From positions 1 through 64,000 of IMG/VR virus record IMGVR_UViG_3300046514_000687: a stretch of 64,000 nt of DNA; one strand, written 5' to 3'. The stretch comes from a virus. The stretch's first letter is position 1. Every line of letters starts with the position of its first letter. The notes under the pieces are model-generated. The model had not been told where the DNA came from and ran no database searches. It saw only the letters and a list, made by a program, of their open reading frames with translations. The position numbers and the translations under genes were made by a program. Of this stretch, positions 9,529 through 17,092 are shown piece by piece.

Positions 9529-10455
9529 GGTGGAGGGGAGGGTAGTCCCCAGGCTGCTGCCGTGCCCTACCAGGGACCGGAACCCCCGTACAGCGAGCGC
9601 ACTGACCCGATCCTGTGGAACCCCGACGGCGGCGAGCCGCTCTACGCCGGCGATATGCGAAGCTGGGGCGAGGCTAACTACGAGCGCCTGGCCGACGAGC
9701 TGCAGAAGGACCCGACGATGCCGTTCGACCCGCCCGGCGGCAAGGAGACCGCGCGCGGGATGTTCCGCAGCTACGCGACAGGCTGGAACGGGGGCGGCGC
9801 CGGCCACGCCGAGCTGATGGCCGTTGCGACGGAGTTCGGCCTTTCGACCGCGGACGTATATCCTGACCCGTTCCACCAAACCTTTGACCCCGCCACGAAA
9901 CCGTGGGACCGGGCACGGATGGCCTGGGCGCGCGCCACCTACGACGCTACTCAGGCAGACTTCAAGGCGCAGGGTCTGAAGGAAGTCACGCTCTATCGGG
10001 GGACTGCCATGATGCCTGACAAGCTCCCCCCCGGCGTGCACGAGAGCCGGGCGCCCGCGAATGCCGACGTGCAGATGCAGCCCCTATCATCCTGGACCAG
10101 CAACCCGCAGGAAGCACGCAGGTTCGCCATCAAGAGTCGCGGCGGCGACCCGACTCCGGTGGTTCTCGCGGCGCGCTTCCCCGTCTCGCGGATCTTCTCG
10201 ACGGTACGCACCGGACCCGGCACCTTCCCCGAGCGCGAGTACGTCGTGCTTCGGGGGAAGACGACCGCGCGTCTGCACGTCGACGTGGAGCACCTAGACC
10301 GCGCCATCACCGGAGGCCCCCTGCCCGTCGTGACCGTAGACGCGACCCGCGAGGACATGAACTGGCTGCACTGGCTATACGGCCGCCCCGCGCCGGTGCC
10401 GCCCTTCGAGCCAGACCGCCCGAATGGTACGATGGACGGAGGAGGCGCCCGATGA
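7426..10455 (+). CDS. Polyprotein 2: ~80-aa N-terminal domain plus three linker-delimited ART modules
   Basis: ATG overlaps the previous TGA (7424-7428). Three linker repeats and three R-S-E motif sets: LFRG/DSWT/EAE, LYRG/SSWT/SAE, LYRG/SSWT/ERE. Confidence 0.8.
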   Translation: MVAVIGRHGEEALLISLEDAPPGEDHGFVVYPAKFRAGPVVGVSSILARDPDWEWVDPPDHAAAQELLAVLPHPPVAPAAEKAVTRYSPDQPREPAGSPEGGQFAGDVGGAGGSAADHPQGPTIPEAGTANVAVSQQVTSEDWNEDPREYEAERLDRLRWMFAESGLENPDRAETVSQNVKDMWHHDHLAQLTSDFRAAAAAEFGLPGAKETVEQFHSEYWTELKATARGIYDETQRQLLNNHGDLSHLTLFRGMQVPDAAVPTSLRGSDVHANATLQLKPLDSWTTDPAVAHRFATGTDVSTGIRPGHTGVVLQARFPIQRILGWDKTGIGFGGEAEVVVLGGPAHVRVHRTTSGGTVDVTKAAPLDLGEFGWERHNDNWLCTNTALQRALPGFVRAWDEEQHPREPAGTSAGGEFASGAGGSYEGYPDGPRDSFLPINTIATAMESADPSLSPGDAVQAAQDVMHRWNANPKDPASMLLMLQAAEVFGLTDAEPTPHKLPIPEIADLLIAPVTAAGLKAVLKPMYDATQAHLAKRGIAGGTLYRGMILPSATVRAMEAAGGTLRQRALSSWTSDASVAREYADPKYHHNTDPDMVPVIVSAHVPASRVLSSPQTGFGYDMSAEIVVLGGPIPVHVHRVTPAKTAASDGAAARPVIVEDDRAAEWLHAMRDRPPVRSFTREWDESQHPRVPAGSPEGGEFGGGEGSPQAAAVPYQGPEPPYSERTDPILWNPDGGEPLYAGDMRSWGEANYERLADELQKDPTMPFDPPGGKETARGMFRSYATGWNGGGAGHAELMAVATEFGLSTADVYPDPFHQTFDPATKPWDRARMAWARATYDATQADFKAQGLKEVTLYRGTAMMPDKLPPGVHESRAPANADVQMQPLSSWTSNPQEARRFAIKSRGGDPTPVVLAARFPVSRIFSTVRTGPGTFPEREYVVLRGKTTARLHVDVEHLDRAITGGPLPVVTVDATREDMNWLHWLYGRPAPVPPFEPDRPNGTMDGGGAR

Positions 10456-10703
10456 CGCAGTACGTCTGTCCCATCTGCTACGGCTGCACGCGCTTCCGCG
10501 ACGTGCCGGCCGGCCAGGACCGGCTCTGCTGCACGGCCTACCCCGCCGGCATCCCCGAGGCCATTCTGTTCAGCCAGGCGGACCACCGCCAGCCCTACGC
10601 CGGCGACGGTGGCCAGCAGTTCGACCCCGCTGATGCCGCCGGCGCCGCCTACGCCGAGACGGTCTTTAACCCCGAGCCGGTGAACGTAGACGCGCCGCCG
10701 TGA
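10452..10703 (+). CDS. Small Cys-rich protein (CxxC...C.AYP.GIP..I.....DH..P..GD.G..F), putative immunity protein
   Basis: ATGA overlap with the last ART, a strong GGAGGAGG RBS, and a TGGTACGAT extended -10 just upstream. The immunity role is inferred. Confidence 0.6.
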   Translation: MTQYVCPICYGCTRFRDVPAGQDRLCCTAYPAGIPEAILFSQADHRQPYAGDGGQQFDPADAAGAAYAETVFNPEPVNVDAPP

Positions 10704-10981
10704 GTGCGGCCGGCGCGCTGGAGTGGATCGGCTACCTCACCGTCAGCCGCGTCTGCGAGGCCGGCCGCCCGGTCCTCCGCTACGAGTGGCGCGGCGGGCC
10801 GCAGATCCTGGTGGACCTGGAGCTGTTCACGAAGATGGAGCCCGGCTTCTGGACCGGCCACGTCCCGCCCCACCTTCGGGAGCGCGCCAGGCTGGGACCG
10901 TTCGCGGTGCGGGTGGTCGGCTACGACGCGGGCTGCGACTGGTACGTGCTGATGCGCGAGGACGGCGATGAGCCAGCCTGA
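10700..10981 (+). CDS. Hypothetical protein
   Basis: GTGA overlap with the previous stop; plausible amino-acid composition. Confidence 0.5.
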   Translation: MSAAGALEWIGYLTVSRVCEAGRPVLRYEWRGGPQILVDLELFTKMEPGFWTGHVPPHLRERARLGPFAVRVVGYDAGCDWYVLMREDGDEPA

Positions 10982-11147
10982 GTCCCCGAACGGCTCGGTC
11001 GCGCCCCCCAGCGAGGACATCCTCCGCGACTTCCTCGTGGCGGTCCGCCGCGGCCTGCTGCTGATCGTCGCCGTAGTGGACCGCGTTTACCCCCGGCCAG
11101 TGCCCCCGGACCGCTGCCCGCGCTGCGACTGGCGCCTCCGCGGCTAG
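10968..11147 (+). CDS. Hypothetical 59-aa protein with an amphipathic helix and C-terminal CxxC
   Basis: Read by hand: GAGGA RBS, then MSQPESP...FLVAVRRGLLLIVAVVDR...CPRC. Confidence 0.45.
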   Translation: MSQPESPNGSVAPPSEDILRDFLVAVRRGLLLIVAVVDRVYPRPVPPDRCPRCDWRLRG

Positions 11148-11200
11148 CCCCGCCGGTGGTCCTGTGTGCGCGTTGTGCTATGCTGGTCGGCAGTGCAGCG

Positions 11201-11286
11201 TGCGGGATGGCGCAGTGGCAGCGCAGCAGTGGCAGCGCAGTGGGCTCATAACCCACAGGTCGCCGGTTCGAATCCGGTTCCCGCAC
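11201..11286 (+). tRNA. tRNA-Met(CAT), initiator-like, with a 14-nt tandem duplication in the D-arm; possibly a pseudo-tRNA
   Basis: Acceptor TGCGGGA/TCCCGCA, anticodon arm GTGGG-CTCATAA-CCCAC, T-arm GCCGG-TTCGAAT-CCGGT. GCAGTGGCAGCGCA is duplicated at 11212-11225 and 11226-11239. Confidence 0.8.
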
Positions 11287-11397
11287 CCCAAGCACCAGGG
11301 GGTACTGGACCCGACTACGCCGGTACGGTCGGCTGCCTGAACTAGCCCCCTGGCGCCCCGGCTGATCTGAGCGGCCCGCACGCCTCATGGCGTCCCG

Positions 11398-11443
11398 GCC
11401 CACACCCGAGTCTTCGTGACTCGCGGGAGTGGGCTTTTTCTTT
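11398..11443 (+). terminator. Hairpin plus U-tract in the leader of the protease gene
   Basis: GCCCAC..CCCGAGTC-TTCGT-GACTCGCGGG.GTGGGC followed by TTTTTCTTT. Confidence 0.5.
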
Positions 11444-11454
11444 GGAGGGACGCC

Positions 11455-13386
11455 ATGCCCGTCGGCACGAGCCGCCGATCTACGCCGTACACCTCCCTCG
11501 CGGAGTGGCGCACGCTCGCCATCGCCGGGAAGGCGAACCCCGACACCGTCCTCCGCAAGGCCTACACCTGCGACAAGATCAGCACCGTCGACGCGGACAA
11601 GCGCCAGAAGCAGTTCACCATCTCCACCGCCAGCGTGGACCGCGAGGGCGACACTGTCGCCCCCGAGGGCTGGGTCCTCAACGACTATGAGCGGAACCCC
11701 GTCGTCCTCTGGGCCCACGACGGCGAGGCGCCCCCCATCGGGCAGACCATCCGCATGGGCGTGGACCAGGGCCGCAAGCTCGTGAGCGTCGCCCAGTTCG
11801 CCCCGCCCGAGGTCTACGCTTTCGCAGACACCATCTACCGCCTGATCGACGGCGGCTACATCCGCGCCGCTAGCGTGGGGTTCCTGCCTATCGAGTTCCA
11901 CTTCGACAATACCCGCCAGTCGGCGAGCGGCTTCCAGCCGCCCTGCAACTTCGTCCGGCAGAGCCTGCTGGAGTGGTCGGTCTGCCCGGTGCCGGCCAAC
12001 CCCGACTGCCTCCTCCAGGCCCGCAGCGCCGGTATCGACCTGGAGCCGCTGCTGGGTTGGGCCGAGCGCATCCTGGAGGAGGGCCACGGCGAGCCGGGCC
12101 TGTGGATCAGCCGCGGTCAGGCGGAGGCGGTCCACCGGCTGCTCGGCACTACCCACCTCTCCCTGCCGAGCTGGGATGCCGCGTGCCCCGCCGGCGGGGC
12201 GTCTGCTGACCCGTTTCGCCTGGACACCCTCACGGTAGACGGCGAGCCGGTGCTGGACCTCGTCGAGCGCGCGGCCAAGCCGAAGCCGGATCCCGAGGAC
12301 GCGCAGGAGCCGCCCGAGACACCTGGCGAGGCGCCGGACGCGGAGGATCAGGCCGAGGGCCCGGAGCCGACCGACGAGGAGGATCCCCGCAAGCCGAAGC
12401 CGAAGGCGGCGGAACGGGCCGCCGCAGACCCCGGCGACGAGGCGATCGAGAAGGACGCGGTGCTGCGCCCGTACCCGAACGAGCACGCCTGCCGCCTCGC
12501 CGACCCCGGCCAGTTCGACAAGTTCCGCCGCGGCACGCGCGACCACGACGGCAAGCGCTACAGCGTCATCTACGCCCGGCCCAAGAGCGGCGACGGCGGC
12601 TGGCAGGAGCAGGCGTACCGCTACGCGACGGGCACCTGGGACGCCAAGGCTGCTCGCGCCCACTGCGACAGCCACGACGGCAGCTTCGAGGCCGCCAAGA
12701 CGGCGAACGCCGAGGCCCCCGTCACGAAGGGCGACGCGCCCCCGGTCGAGGACCCCGCTCAGGTCCCCGACTCGCTGGAGCAGCTGGCGGACTTCATGGC
12801 CGCTGACACACCCCTGGCGGACGCGGACGAGCCGGCTGCTCCAGTCACGCGCGCGACGGCCTACCCCGGCGAGCCGGGAGAGCCGACGGACCCCGAGGAT
12901 ACGGCGGAGGGGCCCGAGACGCCCGGCACCGACCCGGAGGACGCGGCCGAGACCCACGCCCGCAAGGCGCTGGTGACGGCGCAGACCGCCGCCACCCACC
13001 TCCAGAAGGCCGTCGCCGGCATGCGCCAGAAGGCCGCCGCGGGGCTCGACCCCAGCCACCACCTGCACATCGCCAAGGGCCTGATGGACCTGGCCGCCGC
13101 GCATGCGGGCATGGCACACGGCGCGATCAACTGTGCCTGCGGGGCGCCGATGGGCCGCCCCTTCCAGGCCGCCACCGACCCGCCCGTCACGCGCGCCGAA
13201 GAGCCCCCGCCGGAGCGGCGAGTCGTGCTCGTCGACCACACCCCCGAGCCGCCGCCGGCCGCCGCGCCTGACGACGAGGACGTGCTCGCGGACATCGCGC
13301 CCGAGGAGCTGCGCGCCATGGTTCAGGCTGGCGTACAGGCCAGCATCGAGGCTCGCCAGCGGCAAGCCGCCGGCCGAGTGGATTAG
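11455..13386 (+). CDS. HK97-family prohead maturation protease with a long acidic/Pro-rich C-terminal extension
   Basis: STASVDREGD, NPVVLWAH, PIG, ASVGF, LLEWSVCPVPANP. GGAGG precedes the ATG at 11455, and the gene lies directly upstream of the capsid gene. Confidence 0.92.
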   Translation: MPVGTSRRSTPYTSLAEWRTLAIAGKANPDTVLRKAYTCDKISTVDADKRQKQFTISTASVDREGDTVAPEGWVLNDYERNPVVLWAHDGEAPPIGQTIRMGVDQGRKLVSVAQFAPPEVYAFADTIYRLIDGGYIRAASVGFLPIEFHFDNTRQSASGFQPPCNFVRQSLLEWSVCPVPANPDCLLQARSAGIDLEPLLGWAERILEEGHGEPGLWISRGQAEAVHRLLGTTHLSLPSWDAACPAGGASADPFRLDTLTVDGEPVLDLVERAAKPKPDPEDAQEPPETPGEAPDAEDQAEGPEPTDEEDPRKPKPKAAERAAADPGDEAIEKDAVLRPYPNEHACRLADPGQFDKFRRGTRDHDGKRYSVIYARPKSGDGGWQEQAYRYATGTWDAKAARAHCDSHDGSFEAAKTANAEAPVTKGDAPPVEDPAQVPDSLEQLADFMAADTPLADADEPAAPVTRATAYPGEPGEPTDPEDTAEGPETPGTDPEDAAETHARKALVTAQTAATHLQKAVAGMRQKAAAGLDPSHHLHIAKGLMDLAAAHAGMAHGAINCACGAPMGRPFQAATDPPVTRAEEPPPERRVVLVDHTPEPPPAAAPDDEDVLADIAPEELRAMVQAGVQASIEARQRQAAGRVD

Positions 13387-13397
13387 CGGGAGGACGC

Positions 13398-14618
13398 ATG
13401 AACAAGGCCGAGCTGGCTGAGCTGATCCGCGACGTCTGCGGCAAGGTCGTGGAGGAGAAGTGGCAGACGATCGTGTCTGCCGATGCCGTCGGAAACGTGA
13501 CCCGCTACGGGCCGCCGCTGCTGGGCGCGGTGATCGACGAGACCCAGCCCTACTCCCAGGCGATCCAGCGCGTCAGCGCCAGCGAGCAGCGCGGCCTGCG
13601 CGCCGGCCGCCTGATTCGCTGCCTGGCCGCGGCGCGCGGCATCCCCGGCCTCGCCGCGGGGCACGCCCGCAAGGCCTTCCAGGACGAGGCGATGGCCAAG
13701 GCCCTGGAGGCCGGCGACGCGGTCGGCGGCGGCTTCCTGGTCCCGCCTGACTACTCCAGCGACATCATCGAGCTGCTGCGCCCCGTGGCGCGCGTCCGCG
13801 CCGCCGGGCCGACCCTGCTGCCGATGCCGGTCGGCACCGTTAGCATCCCGAAGGTCACCAGCGCCAGCACCGCGACCTACACCGGCGAGGGCCAGAACAT
13901 CCCGATCAGCCAGCCCGGCTTCGGGATGGTCACGCTCACCTGGCGCAAGCTGACCGCGATGGTGCCGATCAGCAACGACCTGATCCGCTTCGCGACCCCG
14001 AACGCCGACGCCTTCGTCCGCGACGACCTGGTCCGGGCGCTGGCGCTGCGCGAGGACCTCGCCTTCCTGCGCGGCGACGGCACCCAGTACACGCCCAAGG
14101 GCTTCCTGCACTGGGCACCCGCGGCGACCAACCTCCTGCCGGCCAACGCCACGATCAGCCTCACCAACGTGACGATCGACCTCGGCTCCATGCTGAACGT
14201 GATGGACGAGGCGAACATCCAGATGGTGCGGCCCGCCTGGTTCATGGCGCCGCGCACCAAGACCTTCCTGATGACCCAGCGCGACGGCCTGGGCAACTTC
14301 GCCTGGCGCACCGAGATGGCCGCCGGCACGCTGATGGGGTTCCCGTTCTACACCACGACGCAGATCCCGACGAACCTCGGCGTCGGCTCCAACGAGTCGG
14401 AGCTGTACCTGGCCGAGATGACGATGGCCGTCCTCGGCGAGTCCGAGCGGCTGCTCATCGACGCCAGCACCGAGGCGGCCTACTGGGACGGCACCCAGCT
14501 CCAGTCCACCTACTCGCGCGACCAGACCGCCATTCGCGCCATCGCCGAGCACGACTTCGCGATGCGCCACGACCAGGCCATCGTGGTCCTGCAGGCCGTC
14601 AAGTGGGGCGCCCCGTAA
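13398..14618 (+). CDS. HK97-fold major capsid protein
   Basis: KAL...GGFLVP....IIELLR, GEG, KL..MVPISN.LI, GDGT..PKG, LMGFP; 406 aa. Confidence 0.93.
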   Translation: MNKAELAELIRDVCGKVVEEKWQTIVSADAVGNVTRYGPPLLGAVIDETQPYSQAIQRVSASEQRGLRAGRLIRCLAAARGIPGLAAGHARKAFQDEAMAKALEAGDAVGGGFLVPPDYSSDIIELLRPVARVRAAGPTLLPMPVGTVSIPKVTSASTATYTGEGQNIPISQPGFGMVTLTWRKLTAMVPISNDLIRFATPNADAFVRDDLVRALALREDLAFLRGDGTQYTPKGFLHWAPAATNLLPANATISLTNVTIDLGSMLNVMDEANIQMVRPAWFMAPRTKTFLMTQRDGLGNFAWRTEMAAGTLMGFPFYTTTQIPTNLGVGSNESELYLAEMTMAVLGESERLLIDASTEAAYWDGTQLQSTYSRDQTAIRAIAEHDFAMRHDQAIVVLQAVKWGAP

Positions 14619-14645
14619 GGGCGCGCGCGTAGCGTACCGACGAGC

Positions 14646-14673
14646 GGGGGCGCCCCGTCAGCGGGGCGCCCCC
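14646..14673. terminator. GC-rich hairpin after the capsid gene (no U-tract)
   Basis: GGGGGCGCCCCG-TCAG-CGGGGCGCCCCC inverted repeat. Confidence 0.5.
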
Positions 14674-14706
14674 CTAGTACGGGCAGCAGCCCGAGGAGCG
14701 AGGACT

Positions 14707-15174
14707 ATGGCCACGAACACTTCCATGCAGCGGGACGTCGGGCGCTACGTCAAGCTCGCTACCGGCCTGATGCCCGTGACCCTGACCGCCGGCGCCGGCA
14801 CCGACAACGTCGATCAGTTCGGTCCCGCGATCAACCGCGACGGCTACCTGTCCGCCCTGGTCGGCCTCAACGTCAGCGCCAGCATGGCCTCCGGCCAGTC
14901 GATCGCCGTCACCGTGCGGGTCCAGGACAGCGCCGACGGCACGACCGGCTGGAATGACTTTCTCGGCGGCGACCCGGCCGTGCCAGCCGCCGTGACGCTG
15001 CTTCAGGCCAACCAGGCCGGCGGCCAGCTCCAGCTCTACAACATCGACCTGAGCGGCGCTAAGACCTTCATCCGCGTCGCTGCCAAGGGTAACCTGAGCG
15101 CCGCGAGCGTGGACACCGCGATCCTGTCGTCCTGCATCGTCCTGGGCGGCGCCCATAACCTGCCAGCCGTATAA
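14707..15174 (+). CDS. Putative head decoration / capsid-associated beta-sandwich protein
   Basis: Follows the capsid gene; V.VQDSADG..W.D and K.FIRV pattern. Confidence 0.55.
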   Translation: MATNTSMQRDVGRYVKLATGLMPVTLTAGAGTDNVDQFGPAINRDGYLSALVGLNVSASMASGQSIAVTVRVQDSADGTTGWNDFLGGDPAVPAAVTLLQANQAGGQLQLYNIDLSGAKTFIRVAAKGNLSAASVDTAILSSCIVLGGAHNLPAV

Positions 15175-15225
15175 CCGCGAGCCAGCCGGGGCGGTTCCGG
15201 CTGGCTCGCTCTAGAGGAGCCTGCC

Positions 15226-15642
15226 ATGCCAGACATGGTGCGCGTGCGCTTCATCCACCACGCCGGCGCCTACAACCCCGACGAGGTCGCCGGCTTTCCG
15301 CCTGACGCCGCGGCGCGGCTGGTCCACCTGGGCGTAGCCCGGCCGGAGCCGTCAGAGACCGCTTCCGCGGTCGAAGTCGCTCTGCTGTCCGCCGAGGAGG
15401 CCGGCCTGGAGGAGGTGAAGCTCGGGCCGGCGCGGGTCCCCGCCAACGCCGACGACCCGGCGAGCCGCGGCCAGCGCATCGCGATGGCCCACTCGGTCCT
15501 GGACTCGACGCCGCTCCCCTCGCCGGGGGGTTTCACCGTTTCCGAAGAGAAGTTCGTGCTTGAGACCGACCAGACTCCGACCCGCGAGGAGACTGCCACC
15601 GAGAAAGCAGCCACGCCGCCGCGCCGTCGCGCGACTACGTAG
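15226..15642 (+). CDS. Hypothetical head-region protein
   Basis: GAGGAG RBS; short VRF....YNP.EVAGF....A..LV..GVA domain with a low-complexity tail. Confidence 0.55.
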   Translation: MPDMVRVRFIHHAGAYNPDEVAGFPPDAAARLVHLGVARPEPSETASAVEVALLSAEEAGLEEVKLGPARVPANADDPASRGQRIAMAHSVLDSTPLPSPGGFTVSEEKFVLETDQTPTREETATEKAATPPRRRATT

Positions 15643-15651
15643 GAGGCACCC

Positions 15652-16338
15652 GTGCCGCTCGCCATCCTGGCTCCGCCCGCGTTCACCGCGCTCTGCCTGG
15701 TGGACTCGGTCATCGCTGAGCTGAAACTGACTCCGGCGACGCTGGGGCCGGACGGCGAGGACACGCTTGCCGCCATGATCCGCGGCGCCTCTGCCACCAT
15801 CGAGCACTACACCGGCCAGCACTTCGGCGCGGCGCGCTACCAGGAGCTGCTGCCCGGCCTGGACATGCCGCAGCTCCTGCTCGGCCGCACCCCGCTCATT
15901 GCTATCGAGGCGGTCCTCTTCCAGCAGGACCCGCTGCTGGACGTAGTCATCGCCGACGCAGACGCGGGGCTAGTCTACCGCGAGCGCGGCTTCGGCTGGA
16001 CCGGCACCTTCGTCTGGGGCGTGCTAAGCGACACACGCGCCGTGGGCAGCGAGCGCCCCGTCTACGCCATCACCTACCGCGCCGGCTACCGGCTACCCGA
16101 GGATACCGCGCCGGTCGACCCCCTGAACCCGCGCCCCAGCGACGGCGCTCCGCTCCTGCCCTACGACATTACTCGCGCCTGCGTCGAGACCGTGAAAGCG
16201 CACTGGGAGGGGCAGAGCGGCGTGCTGATCAAGAGTAAGAGCGCCGCCGATCTGTCGCTGACCTATAACGACATCGCGCCGGGCGACCTGCCGTCCAACG
16301 TGAAGACCATGCTGATTCCCTATCGGCGTGCCGTATGA
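15652..16338 (+). CDS. Head-tail adaptor/connector
   Basis: ASATIEHYTG, ITYRAGY, LP.DI..AC, L.PYRR; gene order. Confidence 0.75.
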   Translation: MPLAILAPPAFTALCLVDSVIAELKLTPATLGPDGEDTLAAMIRGASATIEHYTGQHFGAARYQELLPGLDMPQLLLGRTPLIAIEAVLFQQDPLLDVVIADADAGLVYRERGFGWTGTFVWGVLSDTRAVGSERPVYAITYRAGYRLPEDTAPVDPLNPRPSDGAPLLPYDITRACVETVKAHWEGQSGVLIKSKSAADLSLTYNDIAPGDLPSNVKTMLIPYRRAV

Positions 16339-16709
16339 GTGCGATCGGCAGTTTCTACTCGGAGACCGACGTGGGCGAGTTCGCCGGCCTTGTCGCTAGC
16401 GGCATGTCCACGACGATCACGCTGGAGGAGTTCGTCGGCACGGGCGAGGCCGCCGAGCCCGTCATCCAGGGCAGCGGCATCCCCGCCCGCAAGCAGAAGA
16501 CGCGCTCCAACATCACCCAGTCGCCGACCACCGGCCCGGCCGGCCTCGGCGCCCGCGACATGGGCAGCTACATCTGCCAGACTGCGCTGCCGGTGCGCAG
16601 CGGCTGGCGCCTGACCGACGAGCTCACGGGCGGGCGCCACCGCGTGCTCGGGAACCTAACCGACGCCGGCTGGCCCTACGTTCAGCTCCGCGTGGAGGCC
16701 TGGAACTGA
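16335..16709 (+). CDS. Putative head closure protein
   Basis: Position and size. Confidence 0.5.
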   Translation: MSAIGSFYSETDVGEFAGLVASGMSTTITLEEFVGTGEAAEPVIQGSGIPARKQKTRSNITQSPTTGPAGLGARDMGSYICQTALPVRSGWRLTDELTGGRHRVLGNLTDAGWPYVQLRVEAWN

Positions 16710-17092
16710 TGGCCAACACCACGACCACCACCAGCGGCTACGCGGAGGTCTCCCGGTCGCTTAAGCGCTACAGCCGGCTGTGGCACGACACCACGGGGCG
16801 GGTGCTGACCGCGGAGGCCGCCCTGATCGAGGCCCGGCTGAAGGCCGAGCACCGGTGGCAGAACCGCACCGGCGTCGCCGAGCGCAGCCTGTTCGCGGGC
16901 GCGGTAGACCTGAGTGAGATCCAGGGCTGGCGGGTCACGGCGGGCTACGGCCCCGAGGCGCCCTACAGCGTCTACCTGGAGCTGGCGATGCAGCAGCGGT
17001 GGGCCATTCTGGAGCCGGTCATGCGCTCGCAGTGGCCCCGCTCGGCCCGGAAGGTGGCGACGGCTATCCGCAGCGCCGGCGGGAGCGCATGA
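16709..17092 (+). CDS. HK97 gp10-like neck protein
   Basis: W.NRTG.A..SL, Y.VYLEL, WAIL.P; gene order. Confidence 0.65.
   Translation: MANTTTTTSGYAEVSRSLKRYSRLWHDTTGRVLTAEAALIEARLKAEHRWQNRTGVAERSLFAGAVDLSEIQGWRVTAGYGPEAPYSVYLELAMQQRWAILEPVMRSQWPRSARKVATAIRSAGGSA

Noticed and set aside
1073-10455. Inteins or Rhs-type self-cleavage as the processing mechanism
   Set aside because: No Hint-type C/S...HN junctions or DPxG Rhs core motif were seen at the module boundaries.
11201-11290. The tRNA as a prophage attachment site
   Set aside because: It lies inside the head module, with no duplicate 3' fragment and no integrase in the window.
10921-14570. Long minus-strand ORFs (814 aa, 395 aa) and similar antisense ORFs throughout the window
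   Set aside because: They shadow well-supported plus-strand genes. High GC makes stops rare, and the translations lack motifs.
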